Origin: Paraspadella gotoi
Lineage: Eukaryota > Animalia > Chaetognatha
Length of the DNA stretch: 64,000 nt
Assembly: GCA_051294375.1 (NCBI GenBank)
Contig: CM119271.1
Location: forward strand, 4,976,188-5,040,187
Reading direction: 5' to 3'
Made by a program: the position numbers and the translations under genes. The notes under the pieces are model-generated. The model saw nothing but the letters and a program-made list of their open reading frames with translations, ran no database searches and was not told the DNA's origin. Positions 53,301-62,608 of this stretch are shown here, in pieces. Every line of letters begins with the position of its first letter. Position 1 is the stretch's first letter.

Positions 53301-56300
53301 ACGCAAATAATGCCCCTGGGCGTACGCTACCGACCAAACGCCTATGCCCCCACAGACTTCTGCGCTCTCTCTTCTCTCCCACTATGGTAACAGTCTTTCA
53401 GACACCTCTCAGGATTGAGGAACCTGCACTAGTGATGTCTTGGCCCGGGGATCCTTTTGTGGCGGTAGTATTCACCACCGCCTCACGGTCCTACCATCCG
53501 TCAGCAAATCCATTGGCTCAGAGGGGGCAACACACCATCCAGGCGTAGTGTTTCCATCCACAGTCACTAAACGACTTCCCTCCTCGTTTGGCAAAGCGAG
53601 ACCCGTCTTAGGGTAACGCTTGCCAGTTGACTGGAGGCGTCCCACGAGCGGTCCGGAAAGCCCCCCCAAAAGCCAACAGTGAGATGCCCCATCCCAATGG
53701 GCATCACAGTGCAACCGGCTGTTGCCATACAAGCTCCTTTTTTATACAAGAATAATCTCACAACGCACAATTTTGCTATCAACTCGATAACTCCCACTCG
53801 CTATCCTACTCTCTTGCTCTCATCATCTCGCCGTAGTATTGGTTCTCTCGCGTGGTGTTTACCGCCAGAATTTGGACGTGAGTTTTCTCCCGCGGCAGAG
53901 ACTTTCTCTTTTTTTCTTAGCCTTTGTTTAACTTTTCTCTCTCGATCCGTTCTTCTCTTTTTCTCCTACTCACTTTTTCATCCAATTACTAACAAATTCT
54001 TTAGTTTCCTCTGACATCTCTCGTTCTTTCTTTCAGTTTTTCTCCAAGTTACGCAATCCCTACCAAACTTAAACTTTCACCTGCATTGATAACTGCATTT
54101 GCTTCCCTATTTCATCTACTTGTAGCCATTGCATCTTTAAGAACAATTCCCCATTTTGCTCCAAGTAAAGCTTTTCTTCTCCAACCTTTACCTCCAAAAT
54201 TTTTAAAAAAACCGTTTGACCCCGAATAAAATATATATTTCTTTTTCCCAACTTCTGTATCCCCCATTCTCTCCTCCCTTACATCTCCGGAGTCTTCAAC
54301 CCCTCCCCCCAATCTGCTCCCCTCGCACCTCCGTAATTCTTTCAAAAACTCGAATCCTGCCCGAGGTTTTCATCTCTCTCGTTTAGAGTCGGTTGTCGAT
54401 TAGCGTCATTTAAATTTCATTAGTTTTTTCAGTTTTTCTTACCCTGAATATTACAAGATTCCTGCCAATTCCCCCCCCCTTCTTAACACCTAACTCCTGT
54501 TGGCAACTTACCAAACTAACGCCACTTACCTTCAGCCGCGCCACGTGGACCTTATGTCCCGCGTGACCGTCGCCATCTTCGAAATCCTGGAAAGAGCGTG
54601 GGCGCGATGCGACGTCACCCTCGTCGACATGAAGATCGAATTCGGATTCGTCGACGGCGAAGATGACGTCATCGTCCTCGCTGACGTCATCGATTCCGAT
54701 TCGTGGAGAATCTGGCCAATGGGAGACAAGCGTCTCATGAAGGACAAGCAGGTGGGCAAGGGGGGAATATTTATTAAATTACTTTAAGGGAAATTTCTAG
54801 TTAAATACAAATAAAGTTGTTAAGCTTTCCTACGATTTCTTGTAATTTTTTTTGGTGTCTCATGAAGCTAATTTTAAAACGACTGGATAAAATATCTGAA
54901 TCAGTGATTCTTTTTTTTTTTCTAAGTGTGACGATGAATGCCGTGAGACATTTTTGTGTACACCTAAATTAAGATTGTCACGAATCGGTAAAATAAATGA
55001 TGCTTGGGTCTTTGAGGTAGGCAACAGTAAATAGTCAACGTTGTCGTCGTCGGCGAAAAAGTATCACAGAGAAATGGCGCGGACCAAGGTCGAATAAAAT
55101 GTCGAGAAAAAAAAACTTACTACAATTTCTCTTCATTTCTCTCTCTTTCTCTCTCTGGCTTCTGTCCTCGTGATTTTCTTAGCGAAATGATTAATGAGGA
55201 ACTCGGCTCTTTCGCCGAGATAAGGCAGCGGCGTTTAAGGCTCTCATTTTCCCTTTCAGAAAAAAAAAAGGACGGGGACTTAATTGAACCGATCAAACGT
55301 TTATTCGAAAAAACCGAGGGGAGGGATGGAGAGGGAGTGGAGAGAGAGAGAGAAAGAGAGTTTGTGTGTGTGTGTGTGTCGGAGCGGAGAGTGGCAATGA
55401 GATGAAAAAGAGATTAATAGAGAGAGGAAGAAAGAATGGAACGAACTGAGATCCGAAGCGAATTAATTCATGAATGATCTCGCTATGATCTCGCGATTGT
55501 TGTGTAATTAAACGCCATCTGGCGATATGAACTCTTTTAAAGCTTGGCCAACTGCAGATTATATTTGAAACGAAATTTAGGAAAGTAAAAAAAATCATTT
55601 GACCTAAAAATCAAAATAAAATAACGTTTAAAATAAAGATCAACTACCGGATTTTGGAAAGGGGGGAAAAAGAATGGGGTTGAGAGCAAGAAGAAGGGGA
55701 GTTAAAAAGTGAGAGTGAGAGAGACAACGCAGTATAGAAAAAAAAAGAGAGAGAGAGAGAGCGAGTGACTCCAGGAATATAAGGGGTAGAACCTCACCAG
55801 TCTCTCGATGACGCGACTCACCGTCTCGGACCATAAATCTTTTTCTCGCCCGCAGTTTGTCATGAGAAAGTTTACGCCTCGTTGATTTATGCGCAATTCT
55901 GAGAGTAGTACACGCGCGGCGCGCGCAGGCGGGCAAAACATTTGCGCCGGCGCGCGGAACTGCGAATTCGCGTAGCGTGCGTCGTGCGTAGCGCGCGGTG
56001 CACATCGGGGGTTCAAAGTGGTTTGAGAGTCATTGCGGTGAATGACTGACCATAGGTGACTGTTGCGGCAGGTTGTTTCGTATGATCATGACTGACTTTG
56101 ATACCCCGCCTTCTCCCTCTACCCCCCCTCTCCCTCTACCACCCCTACTCCTTTACCCCCCTTCTCCCTCTACCCCCTCTCCTTCTCCCCTTCCCCCCTC
56201 TACCCCCCTTTCTCCCCTACCCCTCTACCCCCCTTTCTCCTCTACCCCCTTTTCCTCCCTCTAAACCCCCGCTCGTTCCAAACGCCAAGGTATACCGCGA

Positions 56301-59300
56301 CCTCAAGGAAGTGACCCCGGCCGACTTGGCCAAGGTCAAGCTCAACTTCGAGTGGATCGTCGACGAGCTCCCCAAGTTTCTCGTCCCCGCCCGGCCGGGT
56401 CGAGTCGTCATCGTCATGGGGTCCAAATCGGATTCGAAGCATTGCGGTCTCATCCAGAGGACGTTGGCGGATATTTGCGTCCAGGTTGAGACGAGAGTGG
56501 TGTCGGCGCACAAGGCGACGGAGGTAAGGGGTGGGTAGGGGGTTGGGGTGGTTATTGATTAATGGGGATGGAGTGGATTAGAAAGTGATCGATTCGAGCT
56601 CAAAATATCTTAAAAGACGGTGAACTTGAAAGACGAAGACGACGAATCATTTATACTTTGATAATTAAAGTCAGCGGATTCCACCCATTCCTTTTTTTAG
56701 TTTTTTTTTTTTTTTAGTATCGGTAACGAAATTTTATTTAATATTTGCGCCGTTTTTGCTTCATTATAAATATAAACATATTTTTCTGACTTCGCTGAGG
56801 CGGCTTTTATTTCTTTAATCTTTTAAGTTATAACATCGGTTTATTTTTAATTCTTTTGTCCAGCCGAGGATCCACTGGGATCTAGTATGTATTTATTATC
56901 TACTAATAAAATTGAGAATTGAAATAAAAAGTTTTCTATTACTTTAAATCGCCTAATTATTAATTAATCCTCCCTCTCTCTTTACACCCCGACTGTTCTC
57001 ACCATCTCTTCCGTCTCTCGCCAGGCTACACTTTCTCTGCTTCAAGCCTACGAATCCGACGCCGTACCGACGGTTCTCGTCGCCGTGGCGGGACGTAGCA
57101 ACGGGCTCGGCCCCGTTTTGGCGGGAAACACCTCGCTGCCCGTCGTCAACTGCCCGCCGCTGGAGGGACCCTGGGCTACGAGCGACGTTTGGTCTTCGCT
57201 GCGGCTACCATCGGGTGAGTTAATGGGTAATGAACGGGCTAAGGATAGTCTAATAGACGTGACATCGTGGATTCGGCTGAATGATTTATGGTGAGTAGAA
57301 ATCGGTTGTCACTGACATAGCTTTTCGGAATCAAAGAAATAGCATAACTGTATTATAATTTTTAAAATCTCAAGGAAATTAAACGTATACATATATAAAA
57401 TTGTTGCCTTTGCCAGATGTTGCTATAGAAAGTTTTCAAAACAAAATCTAACCCGCTAAAAAATCTAACTCTACGGTAAAGTTATTAACTAATTTAAGCT
57501 TTTTAAACATATAAGGCCTTGAAAAATACAATCCGATGCATACTTTATTTTTCTTGATCAATAATCATATCGCCTAATGTTGTTAATTATGTTTTTCATA
57601 ATTAACTTTTTTATTTAATGTTAGTTAACTTTATTAAAAACTCGCCTAAGAAATTTTTCTTAAAAACCCTACAGGGTAGCGCAGGTGAGAGAATTTTATT
57701 ACGATTAGGTATATTGATAGAGGGTAAGACGAGTTTTTTTTAACTTCACCAATAAACTATGTATTGTCTCACCGACACTTTCAACTTACCTCTCCCCCCC
57801 AATCAATGCGTGAACATAATCGAGTGATAATCGTCATAACATTTCGCCGTCTAACTCGAAGAGACAATCGAGAGAGCGAGAACTCAGTTTTTTTTTAACG
57901 GAATCCGATAAACGGGCGGCGTAGCGCGGCGTCGGGCGGCGAAGAGCGGCGTCGGGCGTCGTCGCCCGTCACCTTGGGGCCCTTGACGGCCAAGTTTCGA
58001 CGCATATTTAAATTTGTCCGAGAATTAATTTACTTCGATAACTCGTTACATTCTTCATATTCCTTCATTTTGATTTTTATTTGGGACGGGATCGCCTTCC
58101 ATGCCCCTTTTTTTTTAGTTGCGACTATTTTATTTTCAACCGAAATTATTAAGTATCTGTCCGTTACTTCATCATTCCCCGCGTCTTCCTTTCGCCCCGC
58201 CTTTGGCTCGGAAACGTTATGAAACATAATCGACGTCGTCGTCTCCGTAAATCTCTCGGTTTCCATGGCAACAGTCCCCCTTTTTTTTTGTGTCGTCTGT
58301 TCAGACGTTGGCTGCGTTGAACCCGAAGTCGTTAGAACCCATTTGTTCTTCCGGTTTTCGCCGCCCGCCGATGATGAATGAGGACGAAAAAGAGGACGAA
58401 GAAACGACGACGACGAACACGAAAAATACAACCAAATTTCTTTTTTTTATAAAAAAATGTCATTGTCTTTGTGCTTGGTATTCCGAGAACCGCAACGTGG
58501 TTAAAACGAATTTTAATCAATTTAAAAAAAGTAGAAATTAAATGGTTGAATAGTAAAAGGACAATTAGCTATCGATTAAAGCAAATAAAAAACGTCAAGT
58601 TTACGGACAGATGACGATGACAGTTATCGATGGAGGATCGAGGTGGACAATCGTTGTTCGTTGTCATTTGCTGTTCGTCGTCGTCGTCGTGATTCAACGC
58701 ATTTCGTCGTTGTGGAAAAATATTCGTTGCAGCGAGAGAACCGTATCGAAAGTCTTTTCCTTTTCTTGTAATATAGGCGAGCCTCGTGGCACAGTTCAAT
58801 ATCATATTCTTTCATTTGTTGAAATGCGGTATTGCGATCCCTACCCTGGCTTGGAAAAGCCATACTAGATTTATTTATGCAAATATGGCAACGGGAGGAT
58901 TGCCTGTGATGCCCCATTGGGATGGGGCATCTCACTGTTTGGCTTTTGGGGGCTCCGACCCTCAGTGACGCCTCCAGTCACTGGCGCGTTACCCTAGGAC
59001 GGTCTCGCTTTGCCAAAGCAGAGGGAAGTCGTTTGGACTGTGGATGGAACACTACGCTTGGATGGTGTGTTCCCCCTCTGTAGCCAATTGGATTTGGCTG
59101 AAGGATGACGGACGTGAGGCGGTGTGAATATACCATGCCACACCCAAAACTTATTACTCGCAACTTTATCACGAGGATGCAATTACGTTCGAATTCAAAG
59201 TTTTGAAAAATTTTTTGAAGATTAAAGAAGTATTATATTGAATGATGAATGTTGATGTAAAGGAGTGTAAAAATAAAACAAAATTAATTTACGATTTGTG

Positions 59301-59517
59301 GGAAAAGTTAGGCCAAAGGGGAAAAATGGATCGTCGCGATTGCGCCAAGCTGGTACGTAGAATCCAGCGACCTCTAGGAAAAACATTAAAATGAAAAAGA
59401 TTTGGCGACGATGGAAAAAGAGACAATGTTTATGACAATATACATTTGTTATTTATTACGTGAGAATGATACATGACAATGGAGCGAGAGTTTCGTCCAA
59501 CAGCGTCGACTTTTGAG

Positions 59518-59559
<42 letters not shown>

Positions 59560-61794
59560 GGGGAAAAAAAAAGAAACGTCGGCGCAAACAAGTGACCCTT
59601 CGGGGACGAAAGGGTCGTCCTCCACCCTTCACCACAAATAAGATTAAAGTGGGTCTGGCTTTGTGAGCAAGCTCCTATTGGTAGCAGAGAATCTTTTAAA
59701 TCGTTCGCGGGCCAGTCAATTTCCACTCATCATAAATGCGCCGAAGACGAAAGCAACGATGATGGGCAGAAATGAAGCTGCAGAGTTTGTGGCACTATTG
59801 CAATAATCTTTGTCATCGCAGAAACACTTTATTAGCTCTGAAAAGAAAGACAGTTTGTACTCGGTTCATAACAAACTTTTACGTTTATTAGATAGATTTC
59901 CATACCTGACGAAAGATGAGTCTTTTTTTCACAGTCGGTAGTATCTTTTTTTTGACAACCGTGTAATTTGACGAAATTTCCTGATGAGGACCTTGACACA
60001 GCTCGAACGCATTTATCCTGTAAGAAATTGTCATCTCGATTAGCCTCAGCCTTCATCATAGTTTGGCGACACTGAGGCGGCTTTGTTGTGTCGAATTTAC
60101 CTTACTTGATTGTAATAAATTCCGTTTTGGAATTTGTATTGTAAGCATTTAATAATTGATACTGGGAATGCATGGCTTGGCCTACTATGTATCTAAAATA
60201 TAAGTACTATTGTATGTATTAATGTTTATCGTATATTAACTGTTCATGTTAAATCCTTTTAAAATTTCCGGATTTTATCTGAATTTTGACTGAACATTAG
60301 ACATCTTTATTTATTTTCTTTAATGTCGTCAAAATAATCAAGGGTAGTTTTTAGTATTTTTTATAAATTACCTCTTGGCTTAAACAAGTTATACTGACGC
60401 ACGTAGATATATCGGGCTCTCCATCTTCTTTCCACTAAGAATAAAGAAATTTCTGTAGTATCCTTTCCCTTTTCTCTCCTTTTAAACCTCGAGCTATCTC
60501 AAAGCAACTTACCAAGCAAGGTTTTGTGTCGGATGGATTATCAAGATTCGATCCAAAGCATTTGAGACTATCCGCCTTTGATGAGAGCAACACGACTATG
60601 AGCAACGCTACCAAGAGCAACGTCCAAAATCGTTTCTGAAGCTCCATTGCAATTCGTTCAGTAAATAAAATCGAGTCGATTGTCAATTCTGCGAATTTAA
60701 ATCGATCAAAATAAATTTTACCGCTGAAAATTTATTTCATTTCGCGTAAGAAAAGTAGTTTTTTTTAACCGTTTCTACGTCATCGCATACACCCGAAGAA
60801 ATGGAATATACGAGTATATTTTCATGATGGAGTTTTTTTAAATTTTTATTTACGTTTCTATTTTTTTCAGTTTCCACTTTAGACAAAGTTTACGAATGAT
60901 AATGGATTATCAAAAAAATAAAAATAGGGAAGAGTGAAAAATATTCAAGGGGAAAATGATCTTATCATTTCTCGAGGCTCAAAGGTCGAGCTTCAGCAAT
61001 CAGCACCCTCTTAATATGGAAATGATATGAACGATATTAAATCCGCTATGAATTAATGCCAGTTGAAATAAAATAAAATAAAATAAAATCTTTTTAGGCG
61101 TTTTTCTCTAGAGATTTACTTTAAAACATATAAAATGAATATAGATTTACTTATATATTAAATTGTTTGGTTGTGGCTTAATAATATGTATTATTATCCA
61201 CCAACCATTCATCAGCGGCCATTGGTGCCGGAGGCAAGTTATTAGCCTCCGAACCCAAAGGTCCAGGGTTCTAGCCTGGTGGCCGCCTAGCAGTTAAGAG
61301 GGACGGGGCGCTTAACCCGCCTGTAACATGGTGTTACAGCCTGATCCGAAGCTCAGGTACTGCTTATATTGAACGGTTCTGTCATTAACACTTATCAATA
61401 ATTACTGTCTCTTCAGTATGAAGTTATTTTTTTCACACAGAATTTATTACTCTTACATTATTTGCGATTAGACTCCTACTAAACATTTGCCTTGTTTCTA
61501 AATAAATTCACAAATAGACGGAAATAAAAAAAAAAAGACGAAAAGACGGCATACGAATTCTGATCCCATTACCTCTTCCCACCTCCCCCCCCCTTCCCAC
61601 TTTCAGGTTTGGGCTGCACGACGGCGCTGGGAACCGACGGCGCCGCGATCGCCGCCGCCAGCATCCTGGCGCTGCACGATCATCTCGTCTGGGTGAAGCT
61701 GCGCGGGCGACGGCTCAGCAACTGGACGGCGCTGTGGAATGCCGACGGGGAGATGTCGTCGGCGTGCGAAAACGCGAGCGGAGGAAACAAATGA
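41339..61794 (+). CDS. PAICS: Bifunctional SAICAR synthetase / AIR carboxylase (multifunctional protein ADE2/PAICS)
   Basis: Exons (plus): 41339-41431 ([10 protein letters not shown]), 42059-42197 ([10 protein letters not shown]...EGKSAISN), 43004-43119 (THF...[18 protein letters not shown]), 43357-43464 (RNPGVPEGY...[13 protein letters not shown]; truncated here, complete copy inverted at 52217-52360), 54536-54751 (LVDMKIEFG...[14 protein letters not shown]...KDKQ), 56290-56523 (VYRDL...MGSKSD...RVVSAHK), 57025-57214 ([12 protein letters not shown]...[11 protein letters not shown]), 61607-61794 (LGCTT...stop). All introns GT-AG and phases agree. Confidence 0.95.
45845..46125 (+). repeat. Degenerate ~100-130 bp tandem repeat, 3 units
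   Basis: Core (c)tatgaagccatagtaaggtggacagca...atattc recurs at ~45847, ~45945 and ~46077. Confidence 0.6.
47861..48081 (-). mobile_element. tRNA-headed SINE-like repeat, copy 2
   Basis: Reverse complement of the 8934-9172 element (cctgagcttcggatcagg, taacaccatgttacag, caccaatggctgctgatgaa). Confidence 0.8.
49430..49690 (+). repeat. Degenerate ~21-bp minisatellite (ggttatcatcgcatcaat...)
   Basis: Repeated tatcatcgcatcaa core. Confidence 0.6.
50818..52252. repeat. Local direct duplication (50818-51292 vs 51778-52252) of the PAICS exon 4 end / intron 4 start, next to an N gap
   Basis: Near-identical ~475 bp copies; the ORF track shows twin ORFs ([12 protein letters not shown]..., [11 protein letters not shown]...). 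Confidence 0.85.
51453..51680 (+). mobile_element. tRNA-headed SINE-like repeat, copy 3
   Basis: Same element; head GCGGCCA...TGGTCGC at 51481-51550. Confidence 0.8.
52217..52360 (-). CDS. PAICS: Complete PAICS exon 4 (inverted block copy)
   Basis: AG|[48 protein letters not shown]|GT, 48 codons. It supplies 12 residues missing from the forward copy and joins exon 5 (PRHVDLMS) in phase 0. Confidence 0.8.
52936..53729 (+). mobile_element. TRIM-like non-autonomous mini LTR retroelement, family B, with 4-bp TSD (CAAG)
   Basis: LTRs 52936-53203 and 53458-53729 (TGTGGC...GTTGCCATA). PBS-like TGGTGAGCCCC at 53206. CAAG at 52932-52935 and 53730-53733. The empty site with a single CAAG (CTTG on plus, 42774-42777) is present in the forward copy of this intron. 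Confidence 0.88.
58884..59142 (-). mobile_element. Solo LTR of TRIM family B
   Basis: Reverse complement of one LTR (tatggcaac...gccaca on plus) with no internal region adjacent. Confidence 0.8.
59716..60647 (-). CDS. GPI-anchored Ly6/uPAR (LU, three-finger fold; quiver/sleepless-like) protein, ~143 aa, nested antisense in PAICS intron 7
   Basis: Exons (minus): 60647-60513 (signal peptide, then [18 protein letters not shown]), 60434-60372 ([21 protein letters not shown]), 60017-59906 (DKCVRAVS...[22 protein letters not shown]), 59837-59716 ([40 protein letters not shown]). Ten Cys, a terminal CxCxxxxxCN motif and a hydrophobic GPI-type tail; GT-AG introns in phase. Confidence 0.85.
61196..61415 (+). 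mobile_element. tRNA-headed SINE-like repeat, copy 4 (slightly 5'-truncated)
   Basis: Head at 61215-61287: perfect 7-bp acceptor-like stem GCGGCCA/TGGCCGC and T-arm-like CCAGG-GTTCTAG-CCTGG, 73 nt in total. Confidence 0.82.
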
Positions 61795-62608
61795 ACAAAG
61801 GAGTGTAGCAACCTCAAGCAAAATAATAAATGGCTTACGTCACTTAAGTAATATAGTATTCGCTTTACAACGATGGCTTTTTGCGATCTTTTTAGTTATT
61901 TTTAAGTTTTGTTATTAACTCATTTTACCGTATTTTGATTTTTTTATTTTCGAAAAACAAACCGGTTCTGACAAGTTCATTTATACCTGTCTTTTGGGTC
62001 AATTTAGTTTTTTTGTTTTACTATAATTTGCATGAATACGTTCTTGCTAACGTCATAATCTTTAATTAATAAAGTAGCGGCTTAATTAAGGGTTGCCTAA
62101 TTATTAAAAGCGGTGGCTCCTTTATTTCCGACAGACAATTTAGCTTGGAAAATTGTGTCGCATTGTCAAAGCCAGTCAGCCTTCGGTTCAATGAATCTCC
62201 ACACAAAATTTTTGGGTCATTTGGATCCAGTCTTAATCTCCTGGGAAAATTTCCCAAGTCAAAGGAAAAAGTCAGCTGCTTTGATGGGAATTCACAATCG
62301 CAGTAAACATCGGTCTAGGGGTTTTGCCTTCAAGGTACAGTTTGAGGGAGCGCTCATTGGAAACTTTGTCGACAGCTCGGGCGAAGTGGTGCAATTTTTT
62401 TTTCGTAAACAATTTCGTTGGCCAAAATGAGCAGAATAATCAACCCGAGCGTTTTGATTTTCACTAATATCGTCTTATCTTGTCTTGCGCTGGGTGAGGA
62501 AGGAGGTAAGGTATAATTATAAAAAAAAACGAAGCAAATCAATGGATTTAACTTTACCCTCATCCTCTCAAAATCGCTACGTTTTCAACGTCACGCTTTG
62601 CGCCGCAA

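Larger units (their letters stand above)
43465..54359 (-). other. ~10.9 kb block of the PAICS locus in inverted orientation, overlapping the forward copy at both ends (probable mis-oriented contig or second haplotype)
   Basis: Read on minus it gives: end of exon 2 (~54359-54329), intron 2, exon 3 (~52706-52594, with indels), complete exon 4 (52360-52217), a long intron 4, an insertion-riddled exon 5 (~44915-44650), then intron 5 sequence (43713-43760 matches the reverse complement of 54961-55000). Confidence 0.85.

Noticed and set aside
59040-59075. 5S rRNA fragment in TRIM LTR (Cassandra-like)
   Set aside because: Only a 9-nt CTTGGATGG match; no A-box or further 5S similarity.
61215-61287. 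Functional tRNA gene
   Set aside because: The anticodon arm does not pair, the T-loop is degenerate, the anticodon position varies between copies, and it is embedded in a dispersed repeat.
62066-62563. Minus-strand ORF fragments between PAICS and the SNTX-like gene
   Set aside because: Short, stop-interrupted, with no recognisable family or consistent splice pattern.
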